The notes beneath the pieces are model-generated. The model did not search any database. It was given only the letters and a program-made list of their open reading frames with translations, and had not been told where the DNA came from. From Hemiscyllium ocellatum (Eukaryota): a stretch of DNA of 64,000 nucleotides. This document shows, piece after piece, positions 37,015 to 48,559 of this stretch. Within the stretch, counting starts at the first letter, position 1, and every line of letters begins with the position of its first letter. The position numbers and the translations under genes are program-made. The stretch lies in the NCBI RefSeq assembly GCF_020745735.1, contig NC_083408.1, forward strand, positions 16,244,484 through 16,308,483. Reading direction: 5' to 3'.

Positions 37015-39788
37015 CAGTCACAGCTCCAAACATTTTCAAAATGCATCAGATATTGTGGCGGGAGAGCATTTTGGTGATAGTGACCACAACTGCCTCACAT
37101 TCTACATAGCTATGGAGAAGGAGAGGATTAGGCAAAATGGGATGATATTTAATTGGGGAAGAGGAAACTATGATGCGATTAGACATGAGTTAGGAAGCAT
37201 GGATTGGGAGCAATTGTTCCATGGTGAAGGCACTATAGACATGTGGAGACTGTTTAAGGAACAGTTGTTGCAAGTGATGAAGAAATATGTCCCTCTGAGG
37301 CAGGCAAGAAGCGGTAAGATAAAGGAACCTTGGATGACGAGAGCAGTGGAGCTTCTCGTGAAAAGGAAGAAGGTAGCTTACATAAGGTGGAGGAAGCGAC
37401 GGTCAAGTTTAGCTCTAGAGTCTTACAGGCAGGCGAGAAAGGAGCTCAAAACTGGTTTGAGCCAGGAGGGCGCGCGCGTAAGACTTGACAGACGGGTTAG
37501 GGAGAACACATAGGCATTTTACACTTATGTGAGAGGTAAGAGAATGGTCAAAGAAAGAGTAGGACCGATAGCATAGGGAACTTGTGCGTCGAGTCTGAGG
37601 ATGTGGGGGAAGCCCTGAATGAGTTTTGTGCTTCTGTCTTTACGAAAGAAATGAACTTTGTAGTGAATGAATCCTTTGAAGAGCAGGTGTGCATGCTGGA
37701 ATGGATAGAGGTAGAGGAAGCTGATGTGTGGAAAGAGTTGTCAAACATTAAGATTGACAAGTCGCCAGGCCCGGATAAGAATTGTCCTCGGCTGCTTTGG
37801 GAAACGAGAAATGAAATAGCTTCGCCACTTGCGAAGGTCTTCACTCCCTCGTTCTCCACTGGAGTCGTACCTGAGGACTGGAGAGAGGCAAATGTAATTC
37901 CTCTCTTCAAGAAAAAAAATAGGGAAATCCCCGACAATTATAGACCAGTAGGTCTCACGTCTGTTGTCTGCAAGGTGTTAGAAAGGATTCTGAGGGATAG
38001 GATTTATGACCACCTTGAAAAGCATGGCCTAATTACGTGCAGTCAACACGGCTTTTTGAGGTGCGGGTTATGCCTCACAAACCTTATCGAGTTCTTTGAG
38101 GATGTGACTAGAAAAGTTTATGAGGTTCGACCTGTGGATGTGGTGTATATGGACTTCAGCAAGGCATTTGATAACGTTCCCTATGGTAGGCTCATTCAGA
38201 AGGTCAGGAGGAATAGGACATAGGGGAACTTAGCTGTCTGAATACAGAATTGGCTGGCGAACAGAAGACAGCGAGTGGTGGTAGAAGGAAAATATTCTGC
38301 CTGGAAGTCTGTGGTGAGTGGTGTTCCACAGGGCTCTGTCCTTGGGCGTCTACTGTTTATAATTTTGATTAATGACATGGATGAGACGATTGAAGGATGG
38401 GTCAGCAGGTTTGCAGACAACACAAAGGTTGTAGGTGTCGCTGACAGTATAGAGGGCTGTTGTAGGCTGCAGCGGGACATTGACAGGATGCAGAGATGGG
38501 CTGAGAGGTGGCAGTTGGAGTTAAACCTGGATAAATGCGAGGTGATGCATTTTGGAAGGTCGAATTTGAAAGCAGAGTACCGGATTAAGGAAAGGATTCA
38601 TGGCAGTGTGGAGGAACAGAGGGATCTTTGTGTGCAGGTGCATAAATCCCTTAAAATGGCCACCCAAATGGACAGGGTTGTTATGAAAGTATAGGGTGTT
38701 TTGGATTTCATTAAGAGTGGGATTGAGTTTAAGAGTTGTGAGATCTTGTTGCAGCTCCATAAAACATTGGTTAGACCGCACTTGGAATACTGCGTCCAGT
38801 TCTGCTAGCCCTAATATAGGAAAGATATGGATGCTTTGGAGAGAGTTCAGAGGATGTTTACGAGGATGCTGCCTGGACTGGAGGGCTTATCTTATGAAAA
38901 GAGGTTGACTTAGCCCGGACTTTTTGCTTTGGAGTAAAGGAGAAGGAGGAGAGGGGTCCTAACTGAGATATGCAAGATAATGGGAGGCATAGATAGACTC
39001 GATAGCCAGAGACCATTTCCCAGGATAGAAATTGTTAACACGAGGGGTCATAGTTTTAAGCTGGTTGGATGAAAATATAGAGGGGATGTCAGATACGGTT
39101 TGCACAGAGAGTTGTGACAGCATGGAATGCGTTGCCAGCAGCAGTTATGGAAGCAAGGTCATTGGGGACATGTAAGAGACTACTGGACATGCATATGGTC
39201 ACAGAAATTTGAGTGTGCATGCATGAGGATCTCTAATCGACACAACATCGTGGGCTGAAGGGCCTGTTCTAAGTTCGATCACTATGGATCTTCCTTGAGG
39301 TCAAAAAAAGACCCTTTGATCAATGATTTTTAAAATTTGCTCCCATATATGTTGTGACTTGAAGTGCAAATGGTTCACATCAATCGGAATACAGTAACAT
39401 TTCATGTGCTACCCCACACAAAACAAATCAAACATGTTTGTTGACACGAATTGCTCTAAGCAAGTCTATGATGGACTCTTCTATCAAACAAAATAATTTC
39501 CAATGTTGTGAGGGCACGTCTACCTTCTTTGCAATGGTCTGAATTTTGTGTCTGACTGCAGATAAAATTTGGCTGCTCTCGGTAAAAGTACAGTTTGTGC
39601 CGTTCACATTGTTAATGTACATTGCTGACTTTAATTGAATAAAGTGATGTTGTCCCACGCATTGTCTGGCACCATTAACTAGACCATTAATTTCCACATA
39701 AATAGCCGGCGTGTCAGGTGAAGTTTATTGACAGCATTGAAATGAAGGCTTGGAATATTTCCGGTATGAATCATGTGAACTAGAGCCT
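37015..39788. repeat. Left arm of a ~550-bp inverted repeat (37015-37053 plus 39278-39788), split by a CR1
   Basis: Reverse complement of 40897-41480; for example ACTATGGATCTTCCTTGAG (39281) versus CTCAAGGAAGATCCATACT (41421). Confidence 0.85.
37054..39277 (+). mobile_element. CR1 LINE, 5'-truncated ORF2 (longest copy), multiple stops
   Basis: HFGDSDHN; KSPGPD; WREANVIPLFKK; YMDFSKAFDNVP; SGVPQGSVLG; FADNTK. Imperfect TSD ATCAGATAT / ATCACTAT. Confidence 0.93.
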
Positions 39789-39989
39789 CTGAAGGAGACA
39801 GAGTAGGAAAGATGAATTTAGAATAGTAGCAAGTTTTCACGACAGAGAGAGAGATCACTTCACTCATCGCACCTGTGTCACGTGAAAACAGAGCTTTCCA
39901 GCCAACACCCACTTTATAGCATGTTGTCCATATCCCTGCAGGTGATCACACTTGAAGTAACATTCCGGAACATTGTGTAAGATCTAATC

Positions 39990-40470
39990 TATTATCATCA
40001 TAGATATGATCTTCAATGATGTAAATCCTGGCTTATGGGGAAAAGGTCAGCACGGTTTTCTGAAGGGTAGGTCGTGCCTAACGAGTCTTATTGACTTTTT
40101 TGACAAAGTGACCAAACAACGAGATGAGAGTAAACCAGTTGAAGTGGTGTATATGGATTTCAGCAAGGCGTTGCCCACAGTAGACTATTATACAAAATGC
40201 TGAGGAATGGGATTGTGGGAGACATAGCAGTTTGAATCCGTAATTGCCTTGCTGAAAAACAAACAGAGAGTTGCAGTTGATGGAACATGTTCATCTTGGT
40301 GTCCAGTTACTAGCGGTGTACTGCAAGGGTCGGTGTTGGGTCCACTGTTGTTCGTCATTTTTATACGTGATCTGGATGAGGGCTGAGAAGGGTGGGTTAG
40401 CAAATTTGTGTACGACACTAAGGTCAGTGGAGTAGTGGATGGTGACGAAGCACAAAGTGCAAAGATCTGG
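39990..40470 (+). mobile_element. CR1 RT fragment
   Basis: QHGFLKGRSCLTSLIDFFDKVT...YMDFSKAL. Confidence 0.8.
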
Positions 40471-40896
40471 AGGGAAGTGTGGAGGGTGTGGTTGGGCGAT
40501 GTTCACTGTTCCCTGAAGTGTGGTTGCGTTTGTGAGTAACAGGTGAACCTGCGAACCAGATTCAGGATGGTACTGTAGTTATTTCAGCAGATATTGTGTA
40601 CACGACATTCTCCTATAAATCAGCAATGACATGGACATTTATTTTTCATGGTGATTGAAGCCAAATAAAATTGAACAACATGGTGGGACAAGTTCCTTTC
40701 ATTTCTTTGAACTAGTATCAAGAGACCCTCTCTGTCGACCTGGGTGGCAGGAGGATTTTTAACAGCAGAATGTGAGGGAACAGAATCACCAGATAGACTG
40801 GAACCTTTTTCACTGGAGGGTGAGAGTTCGGGGTCGGGGGCGGGGTGGAGGAAGTGACCTCGTGTAAGTTTATAAAGCCCTGACTGGAAACGTGAA

Positions 40897-41480
40897 TGGC
40901 TCTAATTGACATGATTCATACTGGAAATGTACAAAGCTTTTGTTTCAAAAATATCACATAACAATAAACTCCACCTGATCCTCTGGCTAGCGATGTCGAA
41001 ATTAATGGTCTAATTAATGGTGCCAGATGATGCCTGGGACAACATCCATTTATTCAAATGAAGTCAGCAATATACATTAACAAATTGAAAGGCACAAACT
41101 GTACTTTTACCCAGATCAGCCAGTTTCATCTTCAGTCAGATACAACTTAAAATTCAGACCATTGCACAGTAGATAGACGAACCCTCACAACATTAGAAAT
41201 GATTTTGATTGATAAAAGAATCCCTCGTAGACTTATTCAGAGCAACTCGTGTCAACAAACTTGCTTTTTTTTTTGTGTGTGGTGTAACACATGAAATATT
41301 ATTTTAATTCGATTGATGTGAGCTATTTGCACTTCAGACGTTATTTGAAAACATCCTTCACGACAGATATGTAAGTAAATTTTAGAAATCATTGATCAAA
41401 GAGGGCAATCTTTTTTTTAACTCAAGGAAGATCCATACTGATATTTTGTAAATGTTTTGAGCTGGGATTGTTTTCAATTT
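40897..41480. repeat. Right arm of the inverted repeat
   Basis: Colinear reverse-complement match to 39278-39788 and 37015-37053, roughly 75-80% identity by eye. Confidence 0.85.
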
Positions 41481-43534
41481 TTGCGTATTTCACCTATGGT
41501 GGGGGTTTCAATAATAGGGAACTTTGTTTTACAATGAGAAGAGAAAAATATATAAAAATGTATCAGAGACAACATTTTACACAGAGAATGGTTTGTGTGT
41601 GGGATGATTTGGTGGTGGATACTTCCCATCTTTAGAAGACATTTGGATAAGTAAATGAATATGAAATATTTGGAAGGATATGGGCTAAGTACACAGGTGG
41701 GATTAGTTTAGTTTTGGATAATGACTGGCATGGACTGGTTGGACCGAAGTGTCTGTTTCCATGCTGTATCACTCCATGATTCTATGACTATTTATCATTT
41801 TTCTCAATATTAAACAGTGCTGTCGTGATCCTCGAATGAACTGTTGATGTTTAGGTTGTATTTGACACTCTGCGAATATTTCCTTCAATGAGAGGAGGGG
41901 CTAGTTCTCCAAATTACACAATTGAAAAATAAACTTCTCCAGCATTGTTGCTGAGTCGATTTGTTTCTGCGGATGCAGTAGTTATGGTTTGCAGATGACT
42001 TTCCACAAACTGGTCAACAGTGAGACAACATATCTTTGATCCACTGCAGGAACTCCACCTCCTTCCAGTAAATGAAACTGGGAACTCAAGGACCTTTTCT
42101 GCAGTCAGCTTAATTGCTGCCAACTATTGTATCTGGCCGATTAAAGGGAAAATTAATCAACTAAAGTAAAATCCTACCAAACAAGCTATATTTTCCCATT
42201 TACTCACAGTGGACACATTTCACTTGGCATTTCTTCTTTACAAAGGAAAGTCACTGATTATCGCATTCACTGTATGACTATCAGAAAACAGGACATTGAA
42301 TGCAATGATGTTCTGGTTAGTTTTGACTGTTTATTGAATATCTTTAAAGCTCCTGAATATGATGTTAATGGATCCAAAATCCCACATTGCAGTAACATTT
42401 GTTATCATCTCAAAGTAAATTAACAAAGTTGAATTGTTTCAAACTCACATCACTTGTTACACCATTCTCTGATTCATGCATCTCATTAAAACTGAGTGGG
42501 CCCTTTATACATGGTTAATACTGGTGTGTAACAGCGATTTTTTTTTGCGGATTTTTATGAGGTAACTGCCCCTGTCAGAGCTATCAGTGAACAGAGAAAT
42601 GTACTCTTTTTGACCTATATCCGTGGTAATGATTATTGTAATACTCTCTAATTTAACCAAACACTCCTGATGTACACAGACAGTTACCTGCAATGGTTTA
42701 GATGTTGAGGATTTTTGAACCAAAAAAATCTTATGGACTGTCCTGTTCTAGTTCATTAGATGCTCCTTCGAAAGTTTGACTTGGTGTTATGTATTACTGC
42801 CAACTCACTTTTTGTTTCTCAGGCACACAACTTTCCTTTACTATGCATTTTAGGGTCAGAGCAATTTGAAAAAAAAAGATGCAAGGAGAGACATTCTGCA
42901 ATGTAAGGAGGTGTTTCTAATCTCCGGGTCCAAACTGTTTGGTGACATACACTCACATTCTGAACATAATCACTTTAGACATGCTCCATATTAGGTTGCT
43001 TAAACTGAATTTAGAAACGCAGATTAGAAATGATATGTTACTTTGTAATGTGAGAGAAACTTTGAATGAAAGCAAAAATAAAGTCACTAATTTTGTTGAC
43101 TAATAATATTATTGAAGTTCTTTTTAGATTTATCTGCTTGTGGTTGAATGTAGGATTAACGGGAATTAACTTCTAATTGAATATTCTAGATATAATCACT
43201 TTGGACACGTTCTGTATTCAGTTGCCTAAATTGAATTTTGAAATGTTTCATATGAATTACGTGTTATTTTGTAGTGGGACTGAGACTTGCAGTGTCCAGG
43301 GAAGAAAAGCTCAATTGTTTTATCAGCAAGTAATATGGTTGAAATTTGATTTTACTTTTATCTGCTTGTAAATTAATGTAGAAGTAAAGGGAGCTAACTT
43401 CCAGTTGAATTTGTTTTGTTTAAACAAAATACATGCAACTATCATGTGAAACAGACCTGAAGCTACTCAAATTTGCTTCCAAAGAAGCTATTCAGCAAAA
43501 CAAATATCCCACGGCGTGTATGCGTTCATGTTTA

Positions 43535-43670
43535 AACATAACGTCATGTAAAGACATGATTCCATGTGTTCGGGCTCTGCAAGCTGATACCAAGGTCCGG
43601 TCTCAGCCTCCAGCAGGAAACAATTGCTGAAGCTGTAAGCCTGTCCCTTCCGATGGCCACATAAATCCTC
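43535..43670 (+). promoter_or_regulatory. Putative VH promoter: CRE-like TAACGTCA and TATA-like CATAAAT
   Basis: TAACGTCA at 43539-43546 and CATAAAT at ~43660-43666, about 90 bp upstream of the leader ATG. No perfect octamer, only one-mismatch ATGCAACT (43433) and ATTTGCTT (43471). Confidence 0.35.
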
Positions 43671-43752
43671 GGCACTGGACCGTAATTCAACAGTTCTGGG
43701 TCGGCCTTGTTTAGAAAGATCTTGACAGAACCCTTTCCCACAAGTTATCAGA

Positions 43753-43801
43753 ATGATTGTGTCGACAATTTTTCTCAGTTTGTTACTGAATTTCTTATCG
43801 T
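43753..43801 (+). pseudogene. IGHV: IgM VH leader exon (MIVSTIFLSLLLNFLS), splice donor mutated
   Basis: Hydrophobic signal peptide 129 nt upstream of the V exon. The expected phase-1 donor GTGAGT reads ATGAGT (43802-43807). Confidence 0.85.
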
Positions 43802-43929
43802 ATGAGTGTTTTTTTGTTCGAGCCTCTCTTTGTTACTGTCTCAATGTTAGTCTATCGCGGGAATGTAAAAGACACATCCATCATTTCATCAGCATGAATG
43901 CTCATAGTTTATTTGTTTTCTTTTTCAAG

Positions 43930-44235
43930 GTGTCCAGTCAGAGATTGTTTTGACTCAGCCAGAGGCAGAGATTGGCAATCCCGCAGGCAGCCTGAAACTG
44001 ACCTGTAAAACCAGACGGTTCAATCTTGGCAGCTACTATCTGAGCTGGGTAAGACAGGTTCCCGGACAAGGCCTGGACTGGCTGGTTAGCTACTACAGTT
44101 CATTCAACAATTACTATGCACCAGCGATTCAGAATCCATTTACTGCGTCCAAAGATCACTTCAAGCAACATTTTCGCCTTGGACATGGGGAGCCTGAAGA
44201 TCGAAGGCACCGCCATCAATTACTGTGCAGGAGAC
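43930..44235 (+). pseudogene. IGHV: IgM VH exon with a +1 frameshift in FR3
   Basis: [52 protein letters not shown]...FTASKD / [26 protein letters not shown]. Extra T at ~44156. Acceptor TTTTTCAAG at 43929. Confidence 0.95.
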
Positions 44236-44274
44236 CACAGCGAGAGGAACCAGGGCTGGACCTGTTTAAAAACA
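44236..44274 (+). other. VH 3' RSS (23-bp spacer)
   Basis: CACAGCG + 23 nt + TTAAAAACA. Confidence 0.88.
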
Positions 44275-44621
44275 GCTCGAGGGAACATTTTGTCAATTCC
44301 ATCATAAACTGATGGTCAGTTTGAGTTTTAAATGCAATTATACCAACTGCGATCTGAAGCAGACCTCAGGCTGCCTCTTACCAAACTATCAAACCGGAAA
44401 TGTGTCATTTAAACTAGCAAACTGGGACACAATGGGACAATGTTTTTGGTATGTCATTTGTAAAGTTAACACGTCCATCAATTAAATGGTCGGACAAAAT
44501 GTTAGTTTTGATATATCTGACAGCTCAGGAAATCACTGCTGATTGTTATGTCAACTGTGGCATTCTAAATATGATCAGGATGAAATGGCAATTTCAAATG
44601 AATATTGAGAAAGGAACAGAG

Positions 44622-44701
44622 AATGAGTGTACTGGTCTATATCATTGTGATACTACAGTGGGTCACAATGTTATGCACAGCAGTATCCTCATTCAAAAAC
44701 C
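44622..44701 (+). other. IGHD: DH1 segment ATACTACAGTGGGT (44650-44663) with 12-RSS and 22-RSS
   Basis: CATTGTG (44643-44649) preceded by 12 nt and a poor nonamer AATGAGTGT. CACAATG + 22 nt + TCAAAAACC (44664-44701). The core TACTACAGTGGGT matches the recalled shark DH1. Confidence 0.9.
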
Positions 44702-44998
44702 ACTGACAAGGGTTTATCTCAAGTTGGTGATTTCTACCGTGGCAGGAACGAGAAATAATGTGAGATGCAATTTAAATGCAATCCAATAGTACGAGTTTGT
44801 ACAAATTTATATTTTTCTACCTTCTTCGTGGTGATTACCAAATTAAATGCAGACCAAACCTGTAAAAGTATTCCAAGCTTTCAAAATACAATGAATAGTA
44901 AAAGCTGAAATAATTCCCTGAATTAATTTTAGGAGTCTGAACCACTGCTTTCCAGGAAGTGATGAAATTATCTGCAATTTACAGTTACAGTCTTTCAT

Positions 44999-45069
44999 AG
45001 TATTTTACAACATGTGTCTCACAGTCATATAGCTGCAATGACACTGCAATTAAGATCAATACAAAAGCC
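44999..45069 (+). other. IGHD: DH2 segment ATATAGCTGCAATGA (45027-45041) with two 12-RSS
   Basis: 3' RSS: CACTGCA + 12 nt + ACAAAAGCC. 5' RSS: AGTATTTTA + 12 nt + CACAGTC (degenerate). About 360-390 bp from both D1 and J. Confidence 0.78.
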
Positions 45070-45395
45070 TATTCAGCCTCTATTGTTTGAAACTAGTCAG
45101 TGATTACCTCTACAAACCATCTTAACTTGCAGTGCAGAATTAATTCTGTGGGGCTTTATGCTAATATCATTATTTAATGCGTAAAAGTGTTGGGTAATTA
45201 TTGATACACCAGTTGGGGTTTTGAGGATCAGCTCATGTGTTACTCTGTGAAGTTTAAAACCGCATTAAAATTTATCAAGAATGATCAGAATTCACGAGCG
45301 CATTTATGTGATGAATATTGATCGTGACTTTATTTTGCCTGTGGTGCTGAAAATTTCAAATAATGGTAGATTTTTGATTTGTTTCATGCAGAGCG

Positions 45396-45482
45396 AGTTA
45401 TTGCATGACACAGTTCAGAAAATATAACACTGTGACTGTCTTGATTACTGGGGCCAAGGGACTATGGCGAGACTGACTTCAG
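45396..45482 (+). pseudogene. IGHJ: JH segment (45435-45482; CLDYWGQGTMARLTS) with 23-RSS; splice donor mutated
   Basis: AGTTATTGC + 23 nt + CACTGTG; WGQG motif. The expected donor GTAAG reads TTAAG at 45483. Confidence 0.92.
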
Positions 45483-47324
45483 TTAAGAACTTTGAACTTT
45501 CTTAGTGACTTTTTAAAAGCTTTCTATTCATGTGACTAATTTCTGAATTATATGAAACTCCAATTCTGTGCTGAGTTTGGTTTGGTTCGGATTGATTTTT
45601 GTTCAGACTGATTAGAGACTTCAGTTAAGGATCAGCAAATAGTTAAAATGGTGATGATGGAGATAGTTGCTCGGTGTATCTCATTTTTTGATCAGGTGGG
45701 CATTCTGTGTGGCTGGGTTACTTGAAATACCTAATGTCTCTTAATCAGTCCGTATAAATATTGTTTAATGTCAGTGGCACCCTGACTGTGAATTTTATTA
45801 TGAACAACAAATGCTAAGAATTTAAAGATGGTCGAAATATTACCAACCATGATTAAAATATGCTAAAATATCATTATTCATTTCTTGAATATATTCCCGT
45901 ATACATAATAGTCTTACCATGATTATATTTTCTCATTTATTTTGTTAATTCTGTTGATGACACGCAGGTTAGAAACTGTCATAAAAAAATTTTTGCGGTG
46001 CTATATTTCATTCTGTTGATTAGATTCTGAGTTTATTTTACTTGATTCTGTTCAATTGAGTTGATTAGATTCTTACTCAGTTTGTAGAATTGATCTGCGT
46101 TTTCATGCTTTCTGTAATCGGTGTTTTCTTTCTGGTAAAGAGATTGTCTCTCTGGATTACTTTTCATTACCAATATTTGTGAAGTGTTTTTTTGTTTTTC
46201 ATGAATCTTTTCTGCATTTGTTAAACTCTACTGTACGCTGCACAAGATTGTCATGATCAGGAAGGGTGTACAGATTGGAAAAAAGTTGAACTGTTGCCGG
46301 AATTGTTACAGCTTTAAGTGTTACGTCCCCTCACAAACAAGGCTGCAGTTGGGACTAGTTATTTCTATTCAATTTGATTCTAAGCAGATTTGTTAGACTT
46401 CAATTTGGGTTTGTTTTTGTGAAGTTACATCATGTTCCTCGTTCTGCTGAAAATGGTTGCAGAGCTAGTTCTGCTGTAAACAATTCATGTTGTGATTTGG
46501 TGATCTTTGCTCTGTTGAGAAGGGTCTGTGCTTCGTTCACTTTAAATGTGTTAGATTTGGGAAACAGTTTCTGGTTTCTACATTGTTTTTGCACTATGAA
46601 CATGGTTGCTGACAGTGAACCGCTGCAGGTTTCTCATTCAATGCAATCAGCATGCGAGTTGAAATTTCATAAAGCCAAATATTAAGTGAAAGCAAATCGC
46701 CAAGATTTTGGAAATGAAGGGAAAACAGATACCTTCGGGTGCAATCTTTACTTGGAAGTAATAATTAAGGATTAATCTAATCCATGCTTTACAATCCACA
46801 TTCAGAACTCAACTGTCTAGTTCATTCACAAGGTCTGTCATTAAAGTGTTTACAAGTCATATAGAAACATAAATGGAATTTCAAAATATAGTAATTCTTG
46901 CTCTTGATCAAAAACGCCATGACTGTGCTATAATTGATCAAGAAACACCTTTCAATTCTGCTGTACACTACAGATAATTTCTCTGGCTGGAAAAGATCAT
47001 TGGCAAAGACCATTCGGAAATTCTGCTCGATTTGATGAAGAACAGATCAGTTTCATTACTTTCATCGTTTTCACAAGTAATTTAAGTTAATTAATTGTTA
47101 TGCCCCTGATTAAACTGGATTCGCAGGATAGAAATAAAGCATTAACTGAATTATTTAATCGGCACTGCTTTGGTGTTCCCAGTCTGTCCGTTTTAAATAA
47201 ATAGTTACATTTTACAATAAAATATCAACTGAAGAGTCATTCTTTCAGAAACAACTGCTATAGTGAATTATGTGACCAAGGCCAAATTTCGAATTAATTA
47301 AAATAATCCACTAATGAACTCACA

Positions 47325-47665
47325 GGGCATCACGGTGGCTCAGTGGATGGGACTGCTGCTTCCCAACGCCAGGGTTCTACGTTCGATTCCACCCTCGGGT
47401 GACTGTCTGCGTGGAGTTTGAGCATTCTACCTGGGCCTGCGTGCGTTTCCTCCGGCTGGTCTGGTTTCATCCCACAGTCCAAAGGTGTGCAGGTGAGGCA
47501 ATTTTGCAATTTAGCATAGCCATAGTGTTCACAGATGTCTAGGTTAGAGTGCATTAGTCAGGGGTAAATGTGATGGAATGGTTCTGGGTGGGCTACTTAC
47601 TGTTCAGAGGGTCAGTGTGGAATTGTTGGGCCAAATGGCCTGTTTCCATACTGTAGGAACTCTAT
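47325..47665 (+). mobile_element. HE1-like SINE in the J-Cmu1 intron
   Basis: CACGGTGGCTCAGTGG head, GTTCGATTCC B-box, typical body. A second partial minus-strand copy lies at ~47895-48075. Confidence 0.85.
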
Positions 47666-48123
47666 TCTTAAAACCATGAGAGTACTTGCTGCAAACGCAG
47701 AGAATTCATTTTACATCGATGTGTTCAGACGAATGCAGAGTTCACAAATTTGCGGAAGACATGAACTAGAGGATAACATCGTACATTGTTTATTCAGACA
47801 CTGAAAATAGAGTAATATTTATTTTACCGATTTATTGCAATGTAGCAATCGGAAAGAATCTGCTCACAATAGTTAAGTGTGACAATCATTTAGATTAGAT
47901 TTCCTGCAGTATGTATCGGGCCATTTGGCCCAACAAGCCCACATCTACCCTCTGAAGAATAACTCACCCAGACCCATTGCCCTACTCTATATTTACCCCT
48001 GTCTAATGCACCTAACACTATAGACAATATTGTATGAACAGTTCACCTGACATGCACATCTTTGGATTTTGGGAAGAAATCGCTCTGTTCATTCAGTGAA
48101 AACAATTGGTCATTCTATTGTAG

Positions 48124-48416
48124 AGACACCCTCTCCCCCCCATGCTTTATGGCCTGGTCTCCTCCTGTCAGGAGAACAATCTTTGGTTGTTTGGCGATGG
48201 ATTAATCCCCTGACGTCACCAAGGTAACCTGGAAGAAAGGTGGGGAGGTAATCACGACTGGATTGAAGAATTACCCATCTGTGAGAAACAAGAAGGGAAA
48301 CTACACCCTGAGCAGTCAGTTAACCCTGTCCGAGTCAGAGGTAGATTGCACCAGCAAAATCTACTGTGAGGTTCAACACAGCGGGTCACACAAGACCAAA
48401 GGAATGCCATGTCCGG
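48124..48416 (+). pseudogene. IGHM: Cmu1 exon, disrupted
   Basis: [79 protein letters not shown]. Extra C in the 7-C run (48135-48141), short deletion at ~48180, TAA at 48203. AG acceptor and GTAAGT donor are intact. Confidence 0.93.
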
Positions 48417-48559
48417 GTAAGTGTTGTGGGAACTGAGATAAACAGAACATCTGGGATTAACATGAATAAGGCATTATTCATAACCGTTTTCACTGAATCA
48501 CCTTTTACGGCACAGGAGAAAGGCCCTTTTGTCCATCCAGTGCACACATATCAATAACA

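Noticed and set aside
45483-48123. Switch region or Emu-like enhancer in the J-C intron
   Set aside because: AT-rich sequence plus SINEs, with no tandem AGCT/G-rich repeats and no convincing octamer/E-box cluster.
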